From Veleropilina oligotropha (taxonomy: Eukaryota), in assembly GCA_048128005.1 (NCBI GenBank), contig JBEUKZ010000114.1, forward strand, positions 1-64,000: DNA of 64,000 nucleotides, written 5' to 3'. Every line of letters starts with the position of its first letter. The first letter of the stretch is position 1. Positions 25,958 to 39,924 of the stretch are shown here, piece after piece. The translations under genes were made by a program, and so were the position numbers. The notes below the pieces were generated by a model. That model worked only from the letters and a program-made list of their open reading frames with translations. It searched no databases and was not told the origin of the DNA.

Positions 25958-27565
25958 TTTGAAAAATTATAATTCATAGCGACTATTTACAAGAAATAAC
26001 TACATTTTTAAGATTGTGTGACAGTTTGATTAATGGTTTGTTTATACCTTGATAATGGCGGACGGATAATTGACCTCTGCGCCGCGTACAACGTACCCGT
26101 ATGTGTCAGTCAAAGAATGGCCTGCTGCCATAAACTTCTCCGTTACGCGAATCAACTGCAAATCTCCTACAATTTGTGAAGTCAGTCGTGACCCATCCAA
26201 GCTTGCAAATTTGTCATTGTAACACCATATGCGGGAGAAGGGGGCAATGCCCCGCTTGGTCATCAATGTACGTTCATGTTCACATAGTATGAACAAACGC
26301 AAATGGGCCACAAAAACGCATCGCAAACTAACAAGATGATCACAATTATCCTGCAGAGAGTACACCTGATGGCAACGGCGTTTCCACAAGACTGACAGTC
26401 CGTACATAATTAAACAATCGAACACGACCCTGTGATCCCAGGAAATTTCGGACCACAGGGTGTGGTCACGAAATAGTATTAGTCCGGGAGTCAAGAGGTG
26501 GTACATTGTTTTTTTCAACGGTTTCTGTATGAATTTGATGTGCTGATCATGAAGCTTTGACTGCCAGTCGCCAAACTTTGAGCATTTTTGGCAAAATGGA
26601 AAATCCAAGATGGCCGCCACCAAAAAGTGTAAATCCAATAACTTTGATATCATTAAGACTATATAGGACAAAATGATGTATGGAATGTCTTTTTATGTTT
26701 TCATATAAAACAAATGCAAACGAAACAATCATTAGATTAAGTGGTGATCGCGAATACGATGCATGACAGTCGTCAAACTGGGCTAATTTTGTAAAAATCC
26801 AAGATGGCGGCTGTCTAAAAGTGTGCATGAAGCAATTATTATATACGTATAGGTTAACCAACGAGGGACTGTGGATTCGTGTAAATAATTCACGCGGGCC
26901 GACAGGCCCAAGTGAATTATTTTACACGAATCCACTGTCCCAAGTTGGTTAACTTACTTAATCCATTTTGACATCATTTGTTATGCTTTACTTGTTAAAC
27001 ATTAATATATACAATAAATCGACCATTTAAGAAAAATAAGAGACATATTTTGCACAAATATGGATTTCTCTCCCAAATCCCTGTCGGACATCAGTTCCAA
27101 CTAGAGGAGTTGTTTTTGTGTGAACAAAAACATATGTCTCCCCATGTAAGAGAAATCACTCCATATTGGGACCCTCGTGAAGTTTGGAAAGTCACGAACT
27201 GGGATAGTGTAATTATATTTGATGAAATGGATGGATTTATGCAAATGTCCTGAATATTTACACCCTTCACGTACAAGGCATGGGAACTTATGAAGATGAC
27301 AAGAATTTTAGTAGGTCAAAGTCATTTTCAGAAAATTACGCCTCCTTGCACAATGGCACGTTAAGGCAGATAGCATATCACAGGAAATCATGCTGGCATG
27401 TATAGGACCAGAGATCTAGCCCGGACAAGGTGTGTATCAGGAAAGTACATTTTGATCTCTGTGACCTTGATCTTTGACCGAACAACAAAATTGAACATTG
27501 TTATATACTGTATTCACCCTCAGGAATAAATTTGGTGAACATTTTTTAAGAAAACAATAAAATAT

Positions 27566-28680
27566 AACTAGATATGAGTGACACGAATGCCCCCGCTGAA
27601 ACAACTGCCCAGGAACGAAAGAAATTCGAAGTGAACAGCCATAACTCTCTTAGCATTGCATTTATGCATTTAAAAATGTATACACCTATATTCCAAATAT
27701 AGTTTCATTCTATGAATGTTTTCCGAAGTCATCGTCCAGAATTGAAAACAAAATTTAATTAATTAAAAGCTATGTCTCTCAAATGAAGTTGGGAATATAT
27801 AGAAATCAAACTCCACTAAATATTTTGATATACATGTGTACATCAAATTAATTTGAATCCATGAATGCCTGAATATAGCGCAGAATCTAACGCATGTGAG
27901 GGACAAACATGTGTAACAATAAATGCTCTCCTCTCCATACTTCTTTTTGCATGGGGCCTGGCATAAAATTTCTTTCCAATGATATTACACGTGTATACCA
28001 AATTTAATTTCAATCCATGAAGGCATTCTCGAGTTATCGACCGGAAATGGAAAATAAATGTGCAATTTGATGAAGAGACATAACTCCCTTATGTGAAGGC
28101 GGAATTTTACCGAAATCGAACTCCACTTAGCTATTATGATCATTCACGTGAATACCACATTTAATTTAAATCCATGAAGGCATTCTCAAGTTACCGCCTG
28201 GAAATGAAAAAATGTTTCCAGGTGAATAAAGGGGCATAATTCTCTTATGTGACATCGGAATTTTACCGAAATCGAACTCCACTTAGCTATTATGATCCTG
28301 CACTTGCATACCAAATTTAATTGTAATTCATGAAGACGTTCTCAAGTTAACGCCCGGAAATGGAAAAAAAATAGCAATTGGATCAAGGGACACCATTATG
28401 CGAAGGCGGAATTTTACCGAAATCGAACTCCACTTAGCTATTATCATCATACACTTGAAAACCAAATGTTTCCAAGTCAATCAAGGGGCATAACTGCCTT
28501 ATGTGACATCGGTATTTTACCGAAGTCGAACTCCACTTAGCTATTATGATTATGCACTTGCATACCAAATTCAATTGAAATTCATGAAGGCATTCTAAAG
28601 TTATTGCCAGGAAACGAAGTTCGGACGGACGTGTGCAACACTATAATTTATGCCCCCAAACTTCGCTTAGGAGGCATAAA
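27566..28680 (+). mobile_element. Helentron/HINE-like element nested in the previous one, ~150-bp satellite core
   Basis: AACTAG..ATGCCCCC start; repeats TTTACCGAAATCGAACTCCACTTAGCTATTATGAT; CGGACGGAC plus hairpin end; interrupts the host A-tract (compare intact unit at 29098-29135). Confidence 0.75.
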
Positions 28681-29380
28681 AATGCCCAAATATGGAAATT
28701 GTTTATCAAGGTCAGTGCCAAGGTCAAAGATCAAAGTTCAAAAGTACAAAATTTGGCGCCCTGCACATGTATCTACAAAGAAATTATAAGGATAAGATTT
28801 GACGTCTTCGAGAACCAGGCCGGACACGACTTCAGGGGTCAAAGGTCATAACGTCAAGGTCGAAAGTCCTTTTCGCGAAATTTTGCCAAAAAGCACAATA
28901 GCATGATAGGGCGGTTTAACATACCAAAGTAAATCAGACTGGAATGTATCGGACCTGATATCTAGCCCGGACAAGGTGTGTTTTAGGTAAAGTATATTTT
29001 GACCTCTGTGACCTTGACCTTTGACCGAACAACAAAATGGAACATTGTTATATAATGTAATCACCCTCAGGAATACATTTGGTGAAAAAAAATTAAGAAA
29101 ACAATAAAATATAAAAATGCCCTAATTTGGAAATTGTTTATCAAGATCACAGCGCTAAGGTCAAAAGTGTAAAATTTTAGCGCCCTGCACATGCTTGGGG
29201 TGTGGGCCACGCATCTACAAAGAAATTAGAAGGATAAGATTTGAAGTCTCCGAGAACCAGGCCGAACACGATTTCGGGGTCAAAGGTCATTACGTCAAGG
29301 TCGAAAGTCGTTTTCGTGAAATTTTGCCGAAAAGCACAATGGCATGCTTGGACGGTTTAATTTAGCAAAGGAAATAATGC

Positions 29381-29640
29381 GGATCTTTTCCTTTATACGA
29401 CCCCAAGATATGAAGCCCTTCATGTAAGACTACACGAAATATATGGTAAAGGTAGCGAACCCTAGTTAACTACCACTGACCCTAATGCCCATGGAATATA
29501 TACCTAACTTAAACTGGATATATATTCCATGGGCATTAGGGTCGGTGGTAGTTAAGCAGGGTTCGCTACCATTACCATAAATTTCGTGTAGTCTTACATG
29601 AAGGGCTTGATATCTTGGGGTCGTATAAAGGAAAATATCC
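29381..29640. mobile_element. foldback MITE, ~120-bp TIRs, imperfect 8-bp TSD
   Basis: GGATCTTTTCCTTTATACGACCCC..GGGGTCGTATAAAGGAAAATATCC; flanks AATAATGC and ATTAATGC. Confidence 0.85.
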
Positions 29641-30739
29641 ATTAATGCTGGCACGTATAGGGCCTGAGATCTAGTCCGGACAAGAAAAGTGAGGAAGAAG
29701 GATGAGAAAGTGAAGGAGGACGGAGTGTAAAACAATATGTCTCTCCCATCCTTCGGATGTGGAGACATAATTAATTGGAACCATCTATATGAATAGACGT
29801 TTAATGTGCTCATTAAGTGAAATTATACCGGCATGCAATGTGAATATTTTTGCGTCACGATGATGTACATTTCAAAGCACGCTACACTTGGCTTCAGATG
29901 TTTGACCAGAGTACACGTGGGATTTACTTCTGTAGAGAGCATCAGGTAAACTGTATAATATTGCAAATATATATTGTATTTTAACGACATTTCTGTGATA
30001 TAATATTTAAATAGCTCTCGGTGTTCGCTTCAAGGTAAAGCAATGGAAAATCGTTCATATGAACAACAACATTATATGGAGTATTGCCAGATTCTTCTGA
30101 ACGTTAAACGTGTATTGATTTTTTTATTTAGGTAACGAATTTTATGTGCTTGAGGTTTGTTGTCAGTGCAAAAGTGTTGTCTACGCGTTAAAATAATTGA
30201 TATTATTTTCTTTTCCGTATCCACGTGTACTAGAATGGACTCGCCCGCAGATAAATCGAATTCTTTGGATTATATACTGCGTTAAACATGTTTTCCTCAC
30301 TTTTTGTATTGGAATCGTCCATAGTATGTAATTACTGCACATAACGCTTGTTTAATTGGTATTTTAAGCAGGCACAATGGAGTTGCAGCAGTGGATGCGT
30401 GTAGAATAATCAACAGTTATAACAAAAGAAAACTAGGTCAAAATGGATTAAAATACTAGATACATCAATATGGCAGTGGTTTTTGGTTACAAAATCTATA
30501 TTATAAAAGTTAATAGATGATCATGGGATATTTTAGATGTTGTTTAAAACGGAATTATTGCATTTGATAGCTTGCACATTTCATCATTTGCGTTGAAACT
30601 ATAAACAATGGCTGGTCATCATAACTTATAAACTCATAAAAACAAATTAAAATGATGGCATAACAAAATATATGACCGAAAGAAAAAAATTGAAATAAAT
30701 CATGCTCAATAGTATCACATGATACGTGGAACATATTTC

Positions 30740-32955
30740 TTAGGTTACAATACTGGAGTTTGACGTCACTCACTTTTGCATTCTGAATTCACAGCAAGCT
30801 AATGCATATTTGTCGCAAGAACAAATTGCTGTTCTGCATCCAGCTTACATATAGAGTAACTGTTTACAATATCGAAACCGTCAACATGAGCGGTCAGATA
30901 ATAACCTAGCACTATGTGCACTGGTGTTAGTGAAAATGCATTCACGACCCTTCCCATTTTCAGCAGATTTATTTGTGGTGGTGGCGAGAGTTCGCAAACA
31001 ATAGGGCGCGAATGTAGGAGGTAGACATTTAAGTGGATGTGGCGTCTGTGAAAATCCCACCTCTCATGGTACTGAATCTATCACTTTTTCCTGTCAATAC
31101 AGAGTGGCGTTGACTTTCAATGAAGAATAACAAACTTCAGTTTGTGAACTTAACATCTGTTTAAGAAAAGGTTTCTGATAATGCCTGCAAGTGGTCTTGC
31201 CTATTTGGAACAATGAGGATATCAATGAACAGCAATGCGTGGACAGCAAGTTGGTTGGCAAGAACATAGCGTTGCTTGCCAATGACCTCCTTGTTGTTGA
31301 TGAAAGCACTAGTTTTAACACATGACTCCAATATTAATTCGAGTGTTTCTGAACTCCCGCTCATTCGAGCTTGCAAGTGATGAGAAAGAAGAAGCACAAA
31401 CATGCCACCGGAACCACTTTGATATACAAATGTCCTGCTATATACATATATCCTAAGATATATCATTATCACATCCGCTTCTTCGTGTGGTACTGCATTT
31501 TGTTGTTATTCCACTCCAACTTCGATGGGATATAGATCAGGTCCGGTGACCATAAGTTATCAGGTACCGTCATATCACATGATCTGTTGACAGCACACTT
31601 TATTATATCTTTGTTAGCAGCGACATTCCAGACCCTGTATTATTTAAGAAGTGATGCCTCTTTTGAGAGTTTGTTCTACAACCTGCTTAAACGGCTTTGT
31701 ATCTATCAAACAAATCATAGGGCTGACAACGGAAACATTCACTAGAGCTGATATTGTGGTTGATTGAGTGTGCCGATGCCTGACCATATATAATAACAAA
31801 GTCACCCAGAATTACCACCGGGGATTTAATCATGCACCTTGTTCAAGTTTGATGTTGTTCTTCAAAACAGACTGTTAAGATGATCGTATTTCCCCACTCT
31901 CTTCGAAAAAGGTTTGAATGCGGATCTAACGTATTGGTTGACCGCTTCGACAGTCTTGTGGTTTCGGCCGTGGACACCGGAAAATCACTGGCTTGATTCC
32001 GCTAACACGTACATTAGTGGGTTCGAATAATGGTTGGGCATGACATTATTTATTCCGTTATGAATCGCAGTTGTCCGTAACTGGTCGGAGAGGGCTGGTT
32101 TCCTTGGCGACCAGGCTTTCCTCCCGCGATAGTATGGTCATGTCTTGCTTTGAAGCCGATGGTTGTAAATAAACAGGACATTAAGCATCGATCCTTTCCT
32201 TTTCTTTGTGTCAGCGAACTTCTTGTGGTACATCGAAATTTGTCTGTGCTTCCAAATTTGTTTTCAACTGTCCAAGAAAGCTGAGTGTGCCCAAATTAAA
32301 AGAGTAGGGTCAATCAAAGTGGACCTGATGGTATCGGGACCGTGTTAATGGCGTATATGTGCTGCCTCAATGAAGATATAAACCCATCTACCGTTCCATA
32401 CGCCAATTTTATGATGCATGATGTGTTCACTTTTCATGAACTTTTGGAGGAAAGAGTAGGCAGATATTGAATAGAGCGATGGCCGTAAAGACCATATCGA
32501 GCATATTTCAAATTTCATTAGCATAACCATTCCTCAAAGACGAAGGAAGAAATGGGGAAAGAGGTCTTCATCGGTCGAACCAGCATGCAATGTTATTTGA
32601 TATAGCTGTTCAATATACGTCATTAATTAATTAATCAGATTTCTTATTATTTACCTGTGCAGTCAAAGTTTCGTCATCATCCCCGTCAGCTTTGGAACGT
32701 GAAGGCGAATTGGAGAAAAATCTTGAAATGCAGTATTTGAGGTATAGTGCTTCAGCAGCGTGAAAATCACGGGCCCAAATGCAACATCATGTCTTCAAAC
32801 ATATGATATGATCTTAGCTATCGCGAGGATTGTTTCTTTAAATATACACTATTCTCTTCTAACTGCTGTTGACAAATATCCCCTTTCATCTAGCAGGATA
32901 TATGTTTGGACCAATCATCGCACGCTTTTCCACACAATATACAGTGTTCGGTGAA
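30740..32955 (-). pseudogene. Academ transposase remnant
   Basis: Fragments DFHAAEALY, YARYGLY, GVWNGRW..FIE..HGP, LFDRY, PHEEADVIM, FVLLL, LKCLPPT and a C-terminal CSC..C motif, in the order I recall for Academ; heavily decayed with a large internal deletion. Confidence 0.7.
31940..32199 (+). mobile_element. diverged SINE family A copy inserted in the Academ transposase
   Basis: TCACTGGCTTGATTCCGCTAA..GTGGGTTCGAAT..TTTCCTCCCGCGATA..GGACATTAAGCATC. Confidence 0.8.
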
Positions 32956-33171
32956 TAATAAAATGTTGTTTCCCCCACACGATTCGTCATGATGTGTAAT
33001 GTCATCATCATGTGTCATCTTCTGAAGTACATGTGGACTGTGTGTTTTTGTGCAATATGTATATTAGTTTTATGTGACATTACAGCATCTTCAATATAAC
33101 CATGGAATCTATATAACTGAATCCATATTCAAATCTCACGCCCATGTCATTTGCATTTCTCAAACTACAAT

Positions 33172-34218
33172 ATAGACGATTTAATTAGGGTAGGCTTGTT
33201 TGTACTGAACAATAGAGACACTCCATCATTTACCTGTAAGACCAACAATATCATAGGCAATTAATTAGTACTCTCGTATCATTTATGATTTTCATATATC
33301 CGAACAGAAAATACCATATATTAAAGATTGTATCTTGATATTTCTTAGAGATGTTCACTATTTAGTTGCAGCCATCTTGGAATTTTACGTAAATATGGCC
33401 CACATTTTAGACGATTATCATTGATTTCGTAAACGATGATTTTATTTTATTCATCGTATCTGAAAACAAAAGAAATATAATTTATTTCATGATTTTAACA
33501 TCACCAGTCACAGAGATTAATATATTTCATGTTTCGGCAGCGGCCATCTTGGATTTTTCCATTTTCTCGAAAATGTTCAAGGTTTTGGATTTGACACTCA
33601 TCGAATTCGGCAGGTCAAATTACTATAGAAACGATGAAAAAAGTTTATATATATGACAAAACAAGGTTGACTGCATTTTGCATTGGGCGGCTTCCGGACT
33701 AGATAGACGATTTAATGAGGGTAGGCTTGTTTGTACTGCACAATAGAGACACTCCATCATTTACCTAAAAGACCAACAATATCACAGGTAATTAATTAGT
33801 ACTCTCGTATCATTTGTGATTTTCATATATCCGAACAGAAAAGATCCCATATTAAAGATTTTATCTTGATATTTCTTAGAGATGTTCACTATTTAGTTGC
33901 AGACATCTTGGATTTTTACGTAAATATGGCCCCCATTTTAGACGATTATCATTTATTTCGTAAACGATGATTTTATTTTATACAAATATAATTTATTTCA
34001 TGATTTTAACATCACCAGTCACAGAGATTAATAGATTTCATGTTTCGGCAGCGGCCATCTTGGATTTATCCATTTTCTCAAAAATGCTGAAGGATTTGGA
34101 TCTCGCACTCAACGAATTCGGATATAGCAGGTCAAATTACTATAGAAACGATGAAAAAAGTGTATATATATGACAAATCAAGGTTGACTGCATTTTGCAT
34201 TGGGCGGCTCCCGGACTA
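33172..34218. repeat. tandem duplication of the ~520-bp Academ terminal region
   Basis: Units 33172-33701 and 33703-34218, both ending GGGCGGCT(T/C)CCGGACTA. Confidence 0.9.
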
Positions 34219-34271
34219 TATGTACATGGCAGAAATAGAAACATCCTGCCCTAAAGAAGAAAGAAGATTGG

Positions 34272-35040
34272 CTACCCAAACGAGCGGACACTGTCACACT
34301 GCACAAAAAGGTGCATCATTGTATCTTCGTCAGACTGACAAAGACGACAACTGGCATCCGTGACCATGCACACGTTAAGCAGCCTTGTTCGAGTACACAG
34401 CTGCGTTTGCAGCAGCAACCAAGCAACCTTGCCGACAGTATTGGCGTCAGAGATCTTAAATATCGCCAACCATATTGGTTTCCAGTTGCTTGGCGCGTGC
34501 GTGGGTACCCATGATTGGGCGGTAACGGGCCCAGTTGCATGCTCATCGACCAAATGGGTATATCGTAGTTTAGACGACAAGCCAAAGCAACTGTAGCTAC
34601 TACCATCCAAAGCAAGGACGGAATATGCCCTGGACGCGGATTCCTGCTGGCAAGGTTAACCCGTCACCAGGAATCGCACGTTAATGTATATACAAAGACT
34701 ACGTCTAGGGCTCTTGATGAGGTCTTGGAGACCATGGCTTCGATCGACATAAACGTCCTCTCTTGGCGATCAATCAAGTCACCAAGTGTCGTGATGCCTC
34801 CCCTAGCAAAGGAGACGAAGAACAGAGGACGTCGACCGTCATCAAGAATCCGATCTTTACCCCAGAGGGTTCCAACAAAGCTGCAGCCCAGACCTCGGGT
34901 TCTGGGCGCTCTATATGTATGGAGTGCGCTGCTTTGGCCATTGTTACAATGGCAGAAGGAAACATGGTGATACCAGGTGGTCGAGCATCACCAAAAGCAT
35001 GCACTTCAGGTTGTATGAAGCAATTCGCTCATTCGCCAGA
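34272..35040 (-). pseudogene. L1/Tx1-clade LINE ORF2 C-terminal fragment (zf-RVT)
   Basis: LWGKDRILDDGRRPLFFVSFARGGITTLGDLID and WKPIW..AWLLLQTQLCTRTRL..CRLCQSDEDTMMHLFVQC. Confidence 0.75.
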
Positions 35041-35368
35041 GTTCTGGCCCCGATTACTTAAAGCTCCTTAACTTAAGATTTCCTTATCTTCAAATTCCCT
35101 GAGATTCTTCCCCACCTGAGGAAAATCTCAAAATGGCTTTCTCGAAACTTCCTCAACCTCACAGGATCTCCTCAGCTGAGGACGAAATTTTAGGAAATTG
35201 TTAACGATATATAGGGCCTCTGTCAATTTTACCATTTTTTACTGGTTTACGGTGAATTTGAAACTATTTAATTCTGAAGGAGGCTTCGATTTGTAAATAA
35301 ATGCGCAAAAGTTATGTAAGCTAGCAATGTTCGGGTATATTTTTTCAAGAATTGACATTACTATTTGA

Positions 35369-36284
35369 AACTAGAATTTGTTATTGTCTACAATAACAGG
35401 AATGTCTCCCCTTTAAATTCTATTTTTAGCAAAAGGTCATGTGACCTTTGATCTCAAAGGCTATTCCAATCATCCTTTCTTCATATGCAACCTGCCAGCT
35501 AAATATGAAACGGTAGTTACTGTCTGGATAACAAATCACAATCAAATTTTTTATTTTTTTTATTTTTAGCCATAGGACATGTGACCTTTGATCGATTGAC
35601 CTCAATCGCAATCCCAAGCATCCTTTCATCATAGACAACCTGCCTGCTAAATATGGGCACAATTGCTAAATATGAACGGTAGTTATCAACTGGAAAGTAA
35701 ATCGCAATCAAAATTCTATTTTTACCAACAGGTCACGCGACGTTTAAGCGATTGACCTCAAATGCAATCCCAAGGTTCCAATCCTGATAGGCAACTTGCC
35801 TGGTAAATATGAGCATGTTCGCTAAATACAAACAGTAGTTATCGTCCGGAAAGCAAATCGCAATGAAAAATTTAGAAAATTATATTTTTAGCCACAGATC
35901 ATGTGACCTTTGAACGATTGTCCTCAAATCATAGACGTAAAAACTTATTGTTACGTCTATGCTCAGATGCAATCCCAAGCATACTCTCCTTATGAGCGAG
36001 CTGTGTGCCAAATATGGGCATGAGCACCCAATATGAACAGTAGTTACCGTCTGAAAACCAAATCGGAGCCAAATTCTATTATTAGTCACAGATGACATGA
36101 AATTTGGCGTACCAACCTGAAAAGCAATCCCAAGTGACCTCTCCTCATAAGCAAACTGTGTACGAAATATGAGCATAATCGCTGAAAGGGAACGGTAGTT
36201 AACGTCCGGAAACCAAAGCGTGACAGACAGACGAACAGACGGCACAAAATCAATATGTCTCCCCACAGGGTAGGGGAGACATAA
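35369..36284 (+). mobile_element. Helentron/HINE-like element, ~150-bp internal repeats
   Basis: AACTAG..ATGTCTCCCC start; (GACA)n; hairpin ATGTCTCCCC..GGGGAGACAT; second copy at 51392. Confidence 0.8.
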
Positions 36285-38559
36285 ATGTAGCTGCATGTTA
36301 TATTAGTATTAGATAACACTTTGTTGTTCTAATTAAGTTATACATAAATCAATGGAGATTAAATTTTTGACATGCTCTGTTTGAAAATCTTTTTTAAATA
36401 CATGTCATAATTACTTCTATTCTTGCTTTGGTCATAGACACCACAATAATCTAAACAAGAAAACAAGTGGGGGCCAATAATACGAACTGGACATATCACA
36501 GTACTGGCAGCCTAGTATAGTTGTCAATGATAGTTACTTTAGTACCGGTACCGTAATAATATAGGATGCAAGTTGCAGTTTGTGGCATGGGTAAATAGGA
36601 CCTACTTATTATAATACTAGTATTGCATTTGATCAAATTAATCTCTATCTTTATAAAATATTTAGGTTAAAACCAATTATTGTGGAAATTTGTTATCAAT
36701 AATAAATTTGCAAATCGGCCACTTACCCATAATGGCAACGGTGCCCGAAGTACACGTACATGGTCGTTCATTTTGACAAATATTCCGGCAATGAACATGT
36801 TATATAATATTTAGTATAATTTATACGACATCCATTCCTACAATATTATATATTAAAATGTTAAATGCAAGCTTCGATTGTGCTCAAAGAAGGTTATAGG
36901 TCTAGGCCTACGGATGTATTTTAAGGGGGTGATCAATGTTAAAAATATCATCTTTACAAATATGGTTACCATAATGTATTATTTGCTCGTTGAGTAAGTT
37001 ATGAAAAAATAACAAGAAAAAAGTAAGCACAGCTTACATACGCCCGTTCGGTGCTTTCAATAATTATTGTCTGTCAATGTTATATCAGCCATTATTCTTT
37101 ATAAAGTAATAAATCTCTGCAGAAGATGTGGCGAAACGATGAATAAACCATCGTGTCCCCGACTATAGTCTGGGGATTCAATTATATATATGAGCCCTGG
37201 CCAGTTGAGGATAGTGATATTTGACAAGTGCAATGGAAATACAGTCTGTTCTTGTAATGGCAATATACAATCTTATTTTAAAATACCCATGGAAAAAATC
37301 AATGAGGAAGTCAGTTTTCAAAATCCATCCAATTCATCTGTTTTGATAAATTTAGCTCCACAGAGTGACGAATAAGCTTAACAGCTTACTGTACCTAATC
37401 ACGGTGAGAAAGTCTTACAGATTATAAGCACGTTCCTTTCATCATACATACATAATATTTTCATAAGTAAACACACAAAAGAAATAAAGTTACACTTCAA
37501 AAATTAAATATTTTGCACTCTCTGTTCGGTGTTTTTGATCATTTATTACAATATAAGGCCTAAGGTACTTAATGAGTAGATCTTTATTAATGATTCATTA
37601 CTATTGTATAGGTTTTAATATTGAAATAATGTACTAATGACGAATTGCACCGAGCACCCCTGCCAAAAGAGATTTATCGTGACCTATGATCTGATATAAT
37701 TGTGTGTATATTATCAATAACAACTAGCTGCCTGATAGTAGCTATTGACGTCACGTAATACTGGCATATTTATATACCTGAAAGAGATTAATGATGTTTA
37801 GTTCCGAGTTCAAAATGAATGATGCCCGTATTCTGTAATTATAGAACACAATGTCATAAGGGTCAATTCGTCACTCCGTGTCAAAATGCGTGTATTCCTG
37901 ATGAAATATTGGACAAGTTAATTCGAAAATAGCTAGACGAATCCAAAGCAGGTTATCCGATTGGTTGAGACGAGGGTGGGAGAAATCGGTTTGGTGCCGG
38001 TGCGTGCCGGAGAGCGGCAGTCCCGTGATAGCTGCAGGCTAGAAAGCACGCCCGGGCGGGGCTCATTTTGTGTAGCATAGAAAATGTATCCGATGTAATT
38101 TGTACCATGTTGTGGACTATATAAATGAATTGTCAAGAATCTACTTCTGACTTTGTGATCCAGTAGCGAGATGTAAACTCAACGACTCCAGCGGATAGCG
38201 TCTTATCACGGTGATGTTATCTCATACCATCGCATTCCGGCATGGATAACACAACGGTCCTTTATGTTGGAATGACCAGAGTTGGCTGAGTAGAGACAGA
38301 AACATACACAGATCCGAGTATGCAGTTAGCTGGGAATGGCTTTAATACCAGCGGACTGTTTATACTCCACGTGATACGTAGACGACACGAAATATGAAGA
38401 CCATTAACCTCCCATCGTTGTTCTCCGGACATATAGAAATCCATTGCAGACTATTGAACAATTTATCTCATTAACACTGTAACGCGGTGACGGGCATTCC
38501 GCCGGTTATCGAAGTCCGAACTGGCAGCTGCAATCAGCCTGCATTGCAACACATTGTAG

Positions 38560-39924
38560 TCCAGGTCAATATTAATTATATCAGCAATTTTAAAAAAATA
38601 TATATTTCAGAAAAGTAAAATAGCACAAAGCATAACTGCTCAACATCGTGAAGCAATCCCGTATGATTTGGGAGGTATGCTCTAGTCAAAAGTGTCGCAC
38701 ATTATAGTCTATGTCAATCTTATATCTACCATTTTTGTAAAAATAAAAATTTCAGAAACTTTAAAATATCAAAAGGCGCAACCACTTAACCTAGTTAATG
38801 TTTGTACCAAGTTTTGAGATGTTAGCGTGTACCGTTTGGCAGATATGCTCTGGCCAAAAGCGTCGCCCATTATAATTAAACTAATATAAGCCATTATTTT
38901 AAAAATAATTTGCTGAAAGTAGCAAAAGGCACAAGTACTCAACCTAGTTAATGTGTGTATCATGTTTCGTGAAGCTATCGTGTATGATTTGGGAGATATG
39001 CTCCAGACAAAAGCGTAGTACACCCCATTCGATCATTGTAGTCTATGTCAATCTTATATCCGGAACTTTTTTAAAAATAAAAAATTCAAAAACCTGAAAA
39101 TAGCAAAAGGCAAAACTACTCAACCAAATTAATGTGCGCACCAAGTTTCTTGAATCTAGCATGTACAATTTGAAAGATATGCTTCGGACAAAGGCGTCGC
39201 CCATTATAGTCTATGTCAATCTTATATCCGCCATTTTTTTAATATAAAAATTTCAGAAACCTGTAGATATCAAAAGGCACAACTACTCAACCTAGCTAAT
39301 GTGTATGCCATGTTTCGCGAAGCTATCCTGTATGGTTTGAGAGGTATGCTCCGGACAAAATCGTCACACACTCCATTCATTCATTGTAGTCTATGTCAGT
39401 CTTATATCAACTATTTTTTCAAGCATAAAAATTGCAGAAACCACATTGCACAACTACTCAACCTATTTAGTGAGTATACCAAGTTTAGTGAAGCTAGCGT
39501 GTACGGTTTTGGAGATATGCTCCGGACAAAGACGTCCTTTATGTCAATCTTATATCCGCCATTTTTGTAAAAATAAAAATTTCAGAAACCTGAAAATAGC
39601 AAAAGGCACAAGTACTCAACCTAGATAATGAGTGTTTGAAGTTTCGTGAAGCTAGCCTGTATGGTTCAGGAGATATGCTCCGGACAAAAGCGCCCTCCAT
39701 TATAGTCTATGGCAATCTTATATCCGCCATTTTTTGTAAAAATAAAAATTTCAGAAACCTGAAAATAGCAAAAGGCACAAGTGTTCAACCTAGTTAATGA
39801 GTGTACCGGTATGAAGTTTCGTGAAGTTAGCATGTACGGTTTGGGAGATATGCTCGAATGACCGGAAGGACGGACGAACGGAACGCTATATACCCCAAGC
39901 TACTTCATAGCACGGGGGTATAAT
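38560..39924 (+). repeat. ~165-185-bp satellite array in a HINE-like element
   Basis: About 7 units AAAATAGCAAAAGGCACAA..GGAGATATGCTCCGGACAAAA..TATAGTCTATGTCAATC; GGAC microsatellite and TATACCCC..GGGGTATA hairpin at the 3' end; 5' boundary approximate. Confidence 0.8.

Larger units (their letters stand above)
27099..29770 (+). mobile_element. Helentron/HINE-like element with internal ~430-bp tandem units
   Basis: AACTAG start with small hairpin and ATGTCTCCCC; purine microsatellite then hairpin ATGTCTC..GAGACAT at 29737-29768. Confidence 0.7.
26850..30451. mobile_element. palindrome-headed non-autonomous element (Crypton-like architecture)
   Basis: ~105-bp hairpin at 26850-26956, then 15-bp IR TTAATCCATTTTGAC (26958) and GTCAAAATGGATTAA (30437). 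Confidence 0.55.
26480..34218 (-). mobile_element. degenerate Academ DNA transposon with nested insertions
   Basis: TAGTCCGGGAG..CTCCCGGACTA ends; TAT flanks at 26477-26479 and 34219-34221; related long terminal regions (AAAATGGAAAATCCAAGATGGCCGC); Academ transposase remnants inside. Confidence 0.7.

Noticed and set aside
30200..30400. Decayed PHD gene of the Academ element
   Set aside because: Only weak Cys/Trp words, and it lies within the nested palindrome-headed element
37790..38210. Solo LTR (GC-rich, TATA-like word, TG..CA)
   Set aside because: No TSD, PBS or second copy found
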